Positions 11,616 through 24,629 are shown, counted from the whole stretch's first letter. The stretch: 63,942 nt of DNA, filler included, from Cercozoa sp. M6MM (GCA_040357565.1; 13 parts of 13 records of this genome joined end to end with filler, not necessarily neighbours in it), one strand, 5' to 3'. The notes: generated by a model not told the origin, from the sequence alone. Numbers and translations are program-made.

Positions 11616-12862
11616 ACACACAATAGGTACTGTACCAGCAGATCATTGAAAAGAATGAACTCGTACGCCCTGTCAAAAGAGCGGCACTGCTTCGTGAGCG
11701 TGCCCTGAGACACAACATAAGAGACGAGAGATAGAGAGAGGGAGAGTGGATTACCTGTCGCACCAGTCGTCTACCCGGAGCGACAAAGACCACTGTGCCC
11801 TGAAACTGCGACTGCAGCGTGCGAATCTTGTCGCGATTCTCGCGCTCCCGCACCTGCTCGTTGATCCAGGCGCCAACCTCCTTGATCTGGCCCTGCCACA
11901 GGACCAAGAAACTATACTCCTTACTGCCTCGTACAAACTAAAGATCACTGGTGGGTCTGTACCAGGGCCTCCTCCAGTGCAGGCATGTCGGGATGCGAGT
12001 CGACCGTGTTCTTGATGACCTCCTGCAGTAGCAGTCGGTAGCGGGGAATGCGCTGGATCGGCTGCGCAAATAGGCTCAACATTCAGGAGTTAAAACACAT
12101 CGAGGCAAAAGGGAAAGAGGAGACCTCGATCAAGTAGGCTTCAAGTGAGAGTCCGCCGCACGCTGGTCTGGCCTCCATCTCGGCCACCCAGCTATGCACA
12201 GCAAGATGCAACGACATCACAGCGGTACGGGGGGGGGGGGGATACCGCTCAAACTTGGAGTTATTCTCGCGCAGGGTTTTGAGGATTGTTGAGGCCTCAT
12301 CGTGCCCGTTGACGTACTCCTTGTACCTGAATCAAGTTTGCGCTCATACATCAAATCAAAGTCGATGCCAACAATGCAAATATACGGTCGGTAGGTACAT
12401 TTTCAGAAAGGGGCCGAACTGCACAAAGATGTCGCCGATCGGCGTCGAAGTGACGTCGAACTCCTCCGAGTCGATACGCGAGCGCAGGTCTGCCGGAAGC
12501 ACTGTGTGTGAGCCAGAGAGGGGGGGGGGTGGTACCATTGAGGAAACGCAGATTCAGGCCAAAGATAATTTCGACATTGCCGAAGATTTTTCGTGCTTGT
12601 TCTTTGTCGGTCTAAGCCAACTAATCCCTGGCATACATGGACAGAATACAGAGGAAAGTACCACAGGCGACTCGTCGGCCAGCAGAGGACCGCGGAAGAC
12701 ATCGCCCAGCGTACGCAGACGGTCCACATAAACTTCCTGCCCAACACACATCCGCCGTGTACACTAGAGCACTGTAACCGACCAGTCCAGTACCTCAGTG
12801 CTCAAGATTTCGCGAACACATCGCTCACGGGTGCGCAGCTTCTTCTCCAGCTTGTCACTCAT
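9529..12862 (-). CDS. RhoGEF with DH-PH-FYVE-SH3-SH3 architecture (FGD-like)
   Basis: DH: RERCVREILSTEEVYV, FGPFLKMYKEYVNGH, YLIEPIQRIPRYRLLLQEV. PH: FILFNDLL, ERDEWLNAL. FYVE: WQSD..CTLC..FSLVFRRHHCRMCGALVCNDCS. Two SH3 domains: ALFDH..EISFKKGD..FWFG..GTFPASLV and ELSFEAGD..GWWLG..GWFSPEY. Confidence 0.9.
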
Positions 12863-13198
12863 TGACGCCGGGCAAAAGACCTCTGCAGAACACCGACACA
12901 CAACAAATAATTGGCTGAGTGCACCAGGCTCCTCCAGCCGGTGTCGCTGACCACGATAAATGTGTGCGATCACGCACACCACAACTGGGACGACTTACAC
13001 AAGCGGTGAGCACGCGCTAGCGCGAACAATCAATCAACAAAGTCGCTTTTGGGTCGAGAACAAGGGTCGAACACAGGTGCCTTCCGCGTGCCCAGCGTGC
13101 TGCCAAGCCTGGATCGGCGCCTTGTGTGTCACTACGCTCCTACACTCGCTTCGGCGAGCAGCGAGGTGAAGCCCACTCGATTAAGGCTGCGTTTTTAC

Positions 13199-13766
13199 AA
13201 TGACGTTGGGGATTTTTGCCGCTGAGGAGTGGCCTTCATTCAATTCTAGAGCAACGCCGCCGCATAAAAAGCACTACAGGTACTATAGCCGTTATGTAGG
13301 ACACGTATCCGAGGAGCGGATTTGTGGCAGAATTTGAAACGCAAAAAGTGACCAAAAAGTGACCAATTGGCAAGATCGAAACGTCGACCACGAAGCAGAA
13401 ACGCCGTTTCGCAATTCCATTTCTGAGACACCACAACACAGCCAATCGACACTGGGTTATGCACAAGCAAAGCGATGTTGTTGTGCTGCCTGCTCCGTGG
13501 ATCAAAATTGTCGCTGCCCTGCAGGTACAAATTGACTGACATGTCGGTCCATCGAAAAGCAATGCAAGTTGCATGCGATGCATCAAGTTAGGAACGCTTC
13601 GTGGATGTGCCTGCCAATCCACTGAACGAAGACATGCTTGTTGACACGACTGTTTTGCTTGCGCGCCTCTGCACTCGACGAGCGCGAACGGACACTGAAG
13701 ACAATCAGTGTGTCGTGTGGGCTGGTGAAAACACCTTTTCAGTTTTACTTTCGTCTTTGTCAAGAA
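13199..13766 (+). CDS. 5' fragment of a hypothetical multi-exon gene, divergent from the RhoGEF
   Basis: ATG at 13199 followed by apparent GT-AG exon pattern and ORF DVPANPLNEDMLVDTTVLLARL; truncated by contig end. Confidence 0.3.
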
Positions 13767-13793
13767 ATTGTGTGTGTGCGTGTGCGTGAGTGT

Positions 13794-13837
<44 letters not shown>

Positions 13838-13937
13838 NNNNNNNNNNNNNNNNNNNNNNNNNNNNNNNNNNNNNNNNNNNNTTAATTAATTAANNNNNNN
13901 NNNNNNNNNNNNNNNNNNNNNNNNNNNNNNNNNNNNN

Positions 13938-13988
<51 letters not shown>

Positions 13989-14034
13989 GCACACAATCTG
14001 TCCCTGTATTGCATGCGTTCTTTGTGCATGCACA

Positions 14035-15687
14035 GAAGAGACAACACCTGCTGCGCATGATGCACCAGCCTAACCGACCTGGTCACCGTCGCTCGTCCAA
14101 ACAATCCGACGCGTTGATGAGCGCACTCGCCGCTGCTTCGTGTACAACGCGTCTTCTGCCTCGTAAGTGTATGGCGTATGTGTGTGCATGTCCGTGCTTA
14201 GCTCTGTCCAAGAAGGCGAACTGGACGAGTCCCCATGGCGTGCCATGGTAGTGTAGCATACTCGTAACTCCAGCACGTATGTATCCGTCCTTCTGTGTAG
14301 TTCGCGTACTGACGCGTTGGTGCAGTCGCTGGTGAGCGCCTTTGGAGACGTGGCACCACGTGTCACTGTAAGATACATGCACAAATAGGCATCCCATACA
14401 CGCAACTGGAGTGGCATGGCACGCATGTGGACAGGAGGCCTGGCTCTCGGCAGCAAGTGAGTGGCTCTCGGCCCAGTATGCGAACATTGACACCACGCGT
14501 GGCTCCGACACCGACGATAGTGGCCATGCCGGTGACTCGATGGTGCGAACGGTGCTCAGCGTCACCGGGGCACGTGGCACCTGTCGCTCGCTGCGCATTT
14601 TGCGCGCGCTGCTGCGACTCCACTGTTGCGTGGACTCATCCGTACTGCCTCGACACATCTACCTTTCTTCCCGTGCCTTCTGTGTGGGTGTGTCTGTACC
14701 AACTCTGTGTCGCCTGTGCAGAGACCAGTGACGCCGCTGTCAGTGCCGAAGTTTGACGCCATTGTGACCTTCTTGAGCGACTGCTGCAACAACACGTTCG
14801 GCGAGGGTTTCGTCTCTTTCCGTGCTGCCTTTGTGCGATCGTGTGCTCGTGTGTGTTGTGTGTATATTCCGTGTGTGCGCACAGACCAGTGTGCGGAAGC
14901 AGTGAGAGCGGAGGCGTTACTGACACTGACAGCTTTGCACGCGCATCTCGAGCATTGCAATGGTACCAGTTCCTCTCGTCCGAATGTGCCTGTAGAGTCT
15001 CACATGTGTATTATAGACAAGAGCAGTGCTGCACGGCAGTTTGTGCAGCGTACTTTCAACGCTGTCACCGAGGCGCTGTGTGGTGGTACAGTTCAGCTAC
15101 AGTGCTACACTCTTTATGTGTCTATGGATCGTTGGGTGTGTATGGCACAGAGAAGACCCTGCGACCGTCAGTGTTCGTGCCAGTTTGTGCCCTCGTGCGA
15201 CAGGTAAACCTGCTACGAGTTCCTGATGTGGTGTCTGCCTGTTCGATGTTTGTTCTCGGCAGGTGTTCGCTCAGGCCTCTCCGTTGAGACTGCCTCCGTC
15301 GACGCGCATTCTGACCCGTTTGTTCCTGCACCTCGTAACCTGTCCTTCTTCGTATGTACAGTGTGGGTCCTTTGAGTGCGCACGTTTTATAGGCAACACC
15401 TGCAACGCGCGACGCAGCCACAGCAGTGCTCGCGCAGTTGGTGCGCTTCATTATTATCACTGCAGTGAGTGCGTCGTCTTTGTGCATATGTTTGGATGGC
15501 TGCAGGCGCCGTTCCTCTCCGACAAGCGCATCGTTGACAATGAAGACGGCTCTTCAGCTACGGTCACGGCGTGGCGAGTGCTTCGTCGTGACGAAACTCG
15601 CGTCGTTCTGGCCGTCGTAGCGCTGGTATGTCTTCATTCGTTTCATATGCCGTATGTGTATGTGCGGTGTATCTGCGTGTGTGTGTA

Positions 15688-15744
<57 letters not shown>

Positions 15745-15844
15745 NNNNNNNNNNNNNNNNNNNNNNNNNNNNNNNNNNNNNNNNNNNNNNNNNNNNNNNN
15801 NNNNNNNNNNNNNNNNNNNNNNNNNNNNNNNNNNNNNNNNNNNN

Positions 15845-15886
<42 letters not shown>

Positions 15887-18142
15887 TTGCCGGCGCTCGC
15901 CTTGTTCAGTGGAGAGTCGTTTGAGAGCACGGGTGAGAGGGACAATACCCGTGCCGTCGTGGCAGCACTGGATGGCGTACGCAGTGCCTTGGACCGTTCC
16001 GAGGTACGGAGGCTTGTGTTGTACTTTGGTGTGTTATGAGCAACCCGCATCTTGACATTCTCGCAGACTCATGCCAGGCAGTTGCAGCGGTTGTTTACGC
16101 GATTCAGTGCACTGTCATCGAGCGCGCTTGTTGAGGGTGTTACGCGAAACCTCGCACTCTGGTGTACCGACATTGATGAAGGCACTGACATTTTTCCAAC
16201 ATCATTGCGCTTGTATCTGTGCTTTACTGGACCAACGACCCACAGGCGAGACCGCACGAGCCGTTTTGCACGTGCTCATTTTGCAGCTTCGTGACTGTGC
16301 CGCCGATGATAGTGTACGCCCTTGCGTGTGTGTGTGTGTGTGTGTGTATGTGTGTCTGTGTGTCTGTGTGTCTGTGTGTGTCTGTGTGTGTGTGTGTGTG
16401 TGTATGTGTGTCTGTGTGTCTGTGTGTCTGTGTGTGTCTGTGTGTGTGTGTGTGGACGCGGATTGTGACTACAGAAGGACAAACGCGGACGTCGACGCAG
16501 ACGGCGTCGTCGGTTCGGACAGTACCACTTGTGCGCACTGCTGGCACTGCGGCACTTCCTGCAACACGTTTCGTGGCACGCTCCCGAATGGGTATGTGTG
16601 CTACCTGTCTGTCTGCATGTTTTGTGTCGTGTTTGCACGTGAGTTATGTACGTTTGTTCGGAAAGGTGGACATGGTGAAGCAAGCAACACAAACGTTCTT
16701 GCGGGTGCACGGCAGTGCCTCTGTTCCGCGTGCACTATTTCTATCTGCCTCTCTCGGCCTGCAGGTACCCTATCTCTTACAGGAGTCGCTCTCCAGCTGT
16801 GAGTTGTGTGTACGTGACTTGCGTGCAGGTCTTGGTCTCGGCGCCGTCGGTGCCGGCGGAAGCTAGTGAGGAGATTGAGAAGGATGAAACCGAGCGAGCA
16901 CAGGTGCTTCTTGGTCGGGGCATGTTTTTCTTGTACTCACGTGAGCGTGTGTGTATGTCCCGTTTCAGTTTGTGTCGTCGGCCTCGGCGCGCGTGCTGAC
17001 AATGCGGCGGCATGACACACTGCGCGGCCGGTTTTTTGCACACTCTGTCGATGACAGCGCTGATGCGGTATTTGTCCGTTTTTTCTGCGGTGTCCTTTTT
17101 ATTGACCAAATTGTAGGTGGGTCAGCGCCGATCTCGTCCCGAAAGCAAGCTGACGGTCGAGCAGCAACCATCTGCGAAGAAGAGACGGGTACTTTTGCTG
17201 CATTGTAGCTGCTCTCGGATTCGCATGGCCGTGTGCAGGAACTGCTGTCGGCATCAACGCAGGTGCAGACACAGGACAGGGAGGAGCAGGTAGAACGAGT
17301 TGAGCGCCAGCAACAGCAGCCACAAGGACTGTTCGCCAAGTCACTCGCAGATGCGCGTCGTCTGTTGTCGTTGTCCTCGCCGACGACGACACTCCCAACG
17401 AAGCAACTTGTGGCAGCATCTTCGACTGATGCACCGTCCTCAGTATCGACTGAGTCGGGCAGTGCAGGCACTCCCGCCACCCGGAAACAGCGCATCCGTC
17501 GCAACAGTCGTATTTATGTTCACAAATGTGGTGCGATATAATTAATGTACGGTCTGCGTGCAGGAGCAACCCTACGTTCGATCGCTTCGGATCGCACGAT
17601 GCGTAGTGTCTTGACCAGAAAAAAGACACTGACGTTTCGCGGTGGCGTGCCTCGTCGATTGGTCGAGCAACGGGTACCCAAGATGCTCTTTGTTCAACTC
17701 GATGGTATCCTACAAGTGTTTTGTTGTTGTTTTTGCTTTGCGTCAGAGAGATGAAGAGGGCAAGGAAAACTTTCAACACGCGCAGCTCGACAAACCAGCA
17801 GCCCCAAAGCGCCGCAGACCGTACTTTTGTCTGACTCGCTCAGCAACGCAATTTATGTTTTCTTTCTTAGAACTCGGTCAAAATCTCAAGAATCGAAGTC
17901 GCAGGTATGATTACCTGCTGATCCGCAAAATGAACGCGTGGCGCCCGCTCTTTATCTTTTTGTCATCCTGCTTTTAGCCTGAGGAGGCGTCGTCGATCTT
18001 GAAAACCTGTGAAGACAGCACGAGTCGCCCGTCGAATGGAAGTCAAGACGGCGCACTGGCTGCCCTACCTGGCGCTACCACGTCGAAACGTCGGAACCGT
18101 GCTGCACTGCTCCGACGGTTGCGCACGACAAACCTAAAGTAA
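14035..18142 (+). CDS. Large helical-repeat-like hypothetical protein with low-complexity tail and CPI-like motif (5' partial)
   Basis: Many short exons join in frame. Last exon PEEASSILK...RRLRTTNLK* ends at 18142. [17 protein letters not shown] lies near 17771-17820. Confidence 0.55.
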
Positions 18143-19383
18143 AGGAGAGCTGGATGGACGGAACGGCGTCGCAGTGGTGGCCGGAACGATTAGAATAGAC
18201 AGACTCTGTGGGCTGAATTCCGGCCGTTCGCGTTCGAACTGATCATAAACTGAAGTGCATGCGCGACAAAGACGTGAAATATCCCGCACTGCCTGGATGC
18301 ATACGATAAACGAAAATCATGCAGTCATGAAGCACTCTGTTACAAACTGTTACAGAGTGACTCAGAATATGCAGTCTCCGCGGGGATGAAGCCAGGTCTA
18401 CTATCATTGAGGCAAAAGATAAAGAAGAGTCAAGAGTTTGTCACTCTGTGATACTGCTGCCTATAGAGCTGTGACTGGACCTGTCTGAAAGCCTGTCCTT
18501 TGTACTGACAAGAAAGAAAACCTCATCTACTTGGCATCAGCTAGCTGGTCAGTTTCTCTACAGTCTGTACTCATCTCCACCTCTACAAGTAAATTGAGAT
18601 CAAACAACGCCATTAAGAAAAAAAGGTGCTAGTTAATTAGTTCACTCGACTAAGAAACCGACGATGTAGTTCCCTGCACCACACGAGTGGATCACAAGTA
18701 GAACGTTGTCAACAAGGAAGAGACTGACGCAGAGCAACACAAGATTGACTCCAACTGATTTAAGAGATACGCCACTGCCGGCACTTTGAAGGGAATGCTG
18801 GATACGGATCGGTATCAGACAAGCATGAACAGAGCTGCAGCGGCAATGTTCAATGCCACCAAATACGGTACGATACGAAGAGAGTTGCGATGAATCAATC
18901 GGTGCCCTGTTGAACCTGTAGACTGAGTTTTGCAGGTCTACTGGTTTGGTCCGGCTTCCTCTTTCCGCAGTACCGAACGCCAGAAAGTCACGGCGCCGTT
19001 ATTTTGAAGTACTCTTAAATGATCTTCTTTTTCAAAACCGTGTCGATACGTGCGACTTCTGGACATTGGAGCCTGCTGTTTCTGTAAATTACCTCCCGAC
19101 AGTGGGGGCGGGGGCACGAGAGCGCGAGACGCGCATGATCGTTGTTGCAGGCTCAGCTCGCCTGCCTGCCTGCCTGCCTGCTGCCCCAGTGGCACCAGCT
19201 TCGCCTGCTCGCCGGGTGGCGAAGTCCGTTGGCCAAGTCCGTTGGCCTTGGTAAATATAGAATTATTGTGCGGCGGTGGGGTTCGAACCCGCTGGGTGAT
19301 TGAGTCGGCGGCCGCCGACTTTGGTGCCTACCAGGTGGCCCAAGGCGGGTGTGTGTATCGTTGCATCGTCGCGACTTTGTCGT

Positions 19384-19455
19384 ATTCCTATGGTCTAGTG
19401 GTGATGACATTGGACTTTGAATCCAATGACCCGGGTTCAAATCCCGGTAGGACCT
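19384..19455 (+). tRNA. tRNA-Gln(TTG); acceptor pairs 1:72 and 2:71 mismatched
   Basis: D-arm GTCTAGTGGTGATGAC, anticodon arm ATTGGA-CTTTGAA-TCCAAT, T-arm CCGGG-TTCAAAT-CCCGG, 3' acceptor strand TAGGACC-T. Confidence 0.9.
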
Positions 19456-19573
19456 CGCTGTGTGTGTTTTTGGNNNNNNNNNNNNNNNNNNNNNNNNNNN
19501 NNNNNNNNNNNNNNNNNTTAATTAATTAANNNNNNNNNNNNNNNNNNNNNNNNNNNNNNNNNNNNNNNNNNNN

Positions 19574-19702
<129 letters not shown>

Positions 19703-19734
19703 CTGTTCTTGTTTTATCATCTTTGCTGGAGTAG

Positions 19735-21083
19735 ATGCTCATCTTCCTGCTTGGTTCGGTGATTGGCGTGCCCCTTGCCTTTGCACTGATTCTGCGAAAC
19801 GGCCGTCGAACCGGTATGTGCGCAATGCTTGATACTGTGACTGGACATCGGCATTTTGACCTTGCAGGAACGTTGCTGACGACGCGTTGGCTGTGGCGCT
19901 ACGGTGGTACTTGCACGTTGTACCTTTACGTTGGAGCTGTTTAGTTTTTTGCGTTGCAGTGATCTGTGAGTGTTACCGAGTCTCGTCCGACGATGTGTCG
20001 CGTCTGAGGAGTGCTGTACCTGCTGCTTTTATCTCCCTGTGTTGGAGCAGTGCCTCATGTGTGTCATTAATAGGCACTGAGCGATGAGTCAGCGAATCGA
20101 CTGAGCCAGGAGGAGTTGGACGACCTGGGCCGCCTGTCATGGCTGTCGATGCCGCTGCTTGGGTGGGAAGTCGTCGTGCTCATTCGTCGAGCCTTGGTAA
20201 CTGAGGCAGCCGTTTCAGGCGGTGGTGATGTACCTCGGTGTCATGCCGTTGATTCTGTGTGTTATGACAGCTGATCGCGTTGAATGTGGCACTCTCGGCT
20301 GACCGGCATGCTTTGTTCCAGACGCTTTCGTTGGTCCAGCTGCTGTTCTTGAGCACTCACGCCGTCGTTCGTCCCTTCGCTCGAGCTATGTGAGTTTCGC
20401 TCCTCCGTGGTTCTTATGAGTTTCGCTCCTCCGTGGTTCTTATGAGTTACATATCTGTGCACACATACAGGGACAATGCGTTTGAGTTGCTGTCTCTCTT
20501 CATGCTGACGGTGCTCACCGTAGCACTGTCCAACACGGAACTGCCGCTGAGTGATGCGCAGCAGGTGCGTGCTTTCCTCAAGATACGTTGTGAGGGGGTT
20601 TCTGTTTTACCTATGTTGATGATTGGTGTGACTGCATAGGTGACGTTTGCTGTGGCGGCACTGCTCCCGGCCGTGCTGTTCCTCGTGTTCACTGTGGTGC
20701 GACTCACGATGCGCAGCGCCTTCTCGGCTCAGTACATCAAGATCGACCAGCACGTGGGCCACTGGATCTCCACGCGCTTCGATTCGGTAAGCACGCCTTC
20801 CCGACTGGATTGAGTTGGATTGAGTGATGTGGAAGTTTTCTTATATCAAACAACCCTTCGAACTCAGGCATCGCCGCACCGCGCCTGCGAGTTGCTGCAG
20901 CGCGTACACGATTTGCGGAACAAGCGGGTGCGTCAAACTGGATACCTCTACAGCCATGTGACTGTGTAAGTTTGTGGACATTGTGTTGGTGTGCAGACCA
21001 TCGGGGACGAGGGTCGTGCTGGCGCCGGTGCTGTCGAACTCGTCTGTATCGACTCCGATGATCCGGATATGGATCGCTATTAG
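19735..21083 (+). CDS. C-terminal multi-pass transmembrane region of a membrane protein (5' partial)
   Basis: Hydrophobic exons MLIFLLGSVIGVPLAFALIL, WEVVVLIRRAL, DNAFELLSLFMLTVLTVALS, FAVAALLPAVLFLVFTVV. Ends DPDMDRY* at 21083. Confidence 0.65.
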
Positions 21084-21363
21084 CTTGCCGTCGCCTGCGG
21101 CCTGCCGTCGCGTCCGGTCGCGGCGCTACCCGACTGCGCTGTATGGCGCGAGGCGATGTTATCTTTGTTTCATGATTTACTGAAAATACTGACGTAACAG
21201 TACGGTACGGTATCGTCGCGGCATTTTGTTTACTGCCGTGCAGGGTCAAAACAAAAATTCATCTGTCCACACTGTCGACCAAGACGACAAGCCAACATTC
21301 TTTTTCAAATAGGAAACCGGCCAGGTGTGTCGTGTGGCTAGAATATGAGTCCTTTCTACACAT

Positions 21364-21412
<49 letters not shown>

Positions 21413-21422
21413 NNNNNNNNNN

Positions 21423-21472
<50 letters not shown>

Positions 21473-21504
21473 TAAACGGCGTCTGTGTCTGTGTCTGTTG
21501 GCAG

Positions 21505-24185
21505 GTGTGGTCTTCCCGAAACTCGGCGTAATTGACTCTCTGGAAGACCAGACGTCGGAAGCACTCGCTCTCATCACTGCCTCGTGCCACGACTCGGTGC
21601 TCCTGTACTCACGTGCACTCCAGCGCGTCGCTGCTGCCCCAAACTCTGTATCTTGTGCTTGTCGTCTTGCTCTCTTTCTCTACCCTAGTGTCGACACTCG
21701 CAATCACAAGTGCACTGTTGTGTAGCTGCCTCCGAGTGCCCCTCGCGACGAGAAAATGCGCGAATTTGGCAAGTCGTTGCAGGTACGTGAGAGAGAGAGA
21801 GAGAGGACATTTGCAGTCTGTTATACCACCAAAGCTCGTGCACATCATTGAGTAGGACGCTGTCGTCGAAGAATCGCAAACCTTTTCTGGTAAATTTATT
21901 TCACAAGTTGAAGGTTACTCGAAGTGTCAACTTGTCTTTATATCTGCGACAGGCCTCAACACGATTCCATGGCATCTGGACGGCGAGAAAGGCATCCAAC
22001 GCACCTCATTTTTGCTGCAGCGATTTGATGTAACTTAAACAGTTTTTGGTTTTTGTTGAGAAGAACAGTGTTGACATTGTTTGTGTGGAACTTTAGGTCG
22101 GAGAAGGCGAATGGAAGATCTTTGGAGCCTACGGTGAAATTGCTGATGCACTGAACGCGGTAGTTTTTTGCATCAGTTTGTTGCAGTTGTTGATTGTTTT
22201 GGAGCGACGGTTATGAGTTGTGCAGAAGGACGGTTTGTCCATCGAAACGACGGTGACGGGTCAGCATCTCGCAATGATGGACTCGCAGATTGTCGGTACA
22301 AAGATCAAAGAAACTCCGGTTCCTTTTTTGATCGCCAGTGCTGTCTCTGCAGACATGTCGACACTGCCGCGCGATTACCCGGAGCACATCATCATCAATG
22401 CAGAGGTGTCCCAGAATGTCCGCAATGCCGTGTTTGTGCTCGGCGGTCTCGGTTGCGCGCTTGCTTTCGGTGCGTTGGTGTGGCTGAACCACCCGAAGGT
22501 ACATGCACGCTATCGATAAATGTGCCGTCTTGCCTTGTGACTGGACACATGTTACTCTGCGACAGATTCGCGCACTGCGGTATATTCGCATGTCGTCGCC
22601 GAACATTTCGTCGCTGCAGTTGCTCGCCATCATTGCCGGCTTTGTGTACATGTTCGTGCTGCACCAGTTGCCGACCGAGTCGATGTGCACGCTGCGTGCC
22701 TGGTGGTTCACACTGGTGCGTTGGCATTGCACTGTGTGGATTGGACTGACAGTGCGTGTGTGTGTGTGTGTGTGTGTGTTGGTGTGCTAATAAGGAACTT
22801 GGCTGTGTTGCTGGCAGACTTTTGTGGTCATGTTTGGTGCGCTGTTCTCGAAACTGCTGCGCGTGCACCGCATCTTCTCGTCCGTGTTCGACAAGGTGGT
22901 TATCACGGACTGGGAACTCGCGCGCGTCATCCTGGCGCTGGCCGGCGGCTTCGCCGTGGTGCTCGGCATCTTCACCGGTGTTGGTGCCTACTCGCAGGTG
23001 CACACGGAGACGCAGGGACCCGAGTACAACCCGGTGACGGACAAGATGGTCACGACGGTGTACCATACGTGCGGTGCCACGAGCGATGACAACGACGGCT
23101 CTGCGGTGAGTCTGTTGCCTGCTGTGGGACGTTGTGAGAGAGTTACAAGTGGTGTCCACGCAGGGCCTGGCATCGCTTGCTGTGATCAACATCATGTACG
23201 CGCTGCTGCTCATGGGGTACTTCATGCTATGTTTCGTGAGACTGATGGGAGAATGGGCGGATGTGTGTCTGGTGCTTTCTGTGAGCAGAGGTGTCTGGCT
23301 CGCGCTGTCGCTGTCGGGTGTGCAAGTGCCGGCACTCAACGACAGTCAGTCCGTGGGCTTCACGATCTACTGGACCTCGATCGTGATGCTCCTGACGCAG
23401 CCTGTCGTTCTCCTGTTTGGTCGTGAGGTAGCGTTGTATATTTAGTATTACATGTATATTATATATGTGTGTATATGTATATCTGGTTATTACTATAGAT
23501 ATGATATGCGCTTACTAACGTGTATGGACAGGAACTGGACGCTCGCTACTTTGTCGAAGCACTGCAGGCCTTCTTGCTGCATCTGACGGCCCTCATGCTG
23601 CTGTTCGCGCCGCGTATCTACAACGTCGCCACTGAGAAACACTTGTGTATGTTATGTCCGCCATGACTGTTGCATCTGCCCTTCCTTCTGACACGTGTTG
23701 TGTTGCTTTGGCAGCGTTGACTGCTGCATCGAACTACTCAACTGGCGGTGTGTCTCACTACTTAGTTTGCTTGTATATGTCATCTTAATGTACACTATGC
23801 TGTGTTCGTGCTAACTGTACAGGCGGTTCTCGCGGTGGTGGAGCTGCCACCGGCACGAGTACGCTCGGCAAGGTACAGCTCGCTTAGACTAATGTGTCTG
23901 AGTGCTATCATTGATGAGGTATGCAGTCGAGCACCGGCACGTCGCGTACTGGCACGTCTACTGCTACTGGTACAGTCTCTCCTGTGTGTGTTGACTGACT
24001 CAACTGGTGCGACAGGCACCAGCACGACGCACAGTAGTACGACGCACAGCTCGACTCACAGCAGCGCTTCGTCGGAAGGCGACAACGAGGTCGAGATGAG
24101 CCAGCAGCCCGCTATTGCAGGTAACTTATACGTTAGGTATGAGGCAACAAACTATTCCTCCTCTTTGCCAGCAGGCGAAGTCTGA
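21505..24185 (+). CDS. Family C (GABA-B-like, 7tm_3) G protein-coupled receptor (5' partial)
   Basis: IRMSSPN, CTLRAWWFTL..VMFGALFSKLLRVHRIF, VPALNDSQSVGFTIY and LLFAPRI are typical GABA-B-like 7TM motifs. Ser/Thr-rich tail. Confidence 0.9.
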
Positions 24186-24629
24186 ACGCTTCTCTAGTCC
24201 CTAAAGTCGCTAGAATCGATGAGCACTGGCACACAGCACCGCAATCACCTGTTTGAAGCGAAACTCGTTAGTATGGGTCGTCGTCATGTATGTGTACTGG
24301 ACTCACATTGCGTTGACGCATCCGGTGACCACGTCGCGTCATGACCGCAAAGTTGAACGGTCGGGTAGTAAAACTGACCGCTCTCGACAATTGTAACGTA
24401 AACGGAGCGAACGGAGACTTGACTGGACCTGACCGCGCGGCTTGACTTGTCGCACCGTCACTCCGAATTCTCTGACCTTGGCGTTCAAAAGCGCCGAAAT
24501 TAGAGCGTTCATTCAAATCTGTCGCTAACGGAGATTGTTTGGTGCCGTTCAAGTGGTTTTACTCGTTCAGCGGCGCCTCCACACCCTGCTTTGGGACGTT
24601 TTTCCGTCTTCGCGCTTCGGTTTTTTGGA

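Noticed and set aside
13145-13158. CTCGC-TTCG-GCGAG hairpin resembling the U6 5' stem
   Set aside because: No downstream U6 sequence such as the ACAGAGA box.
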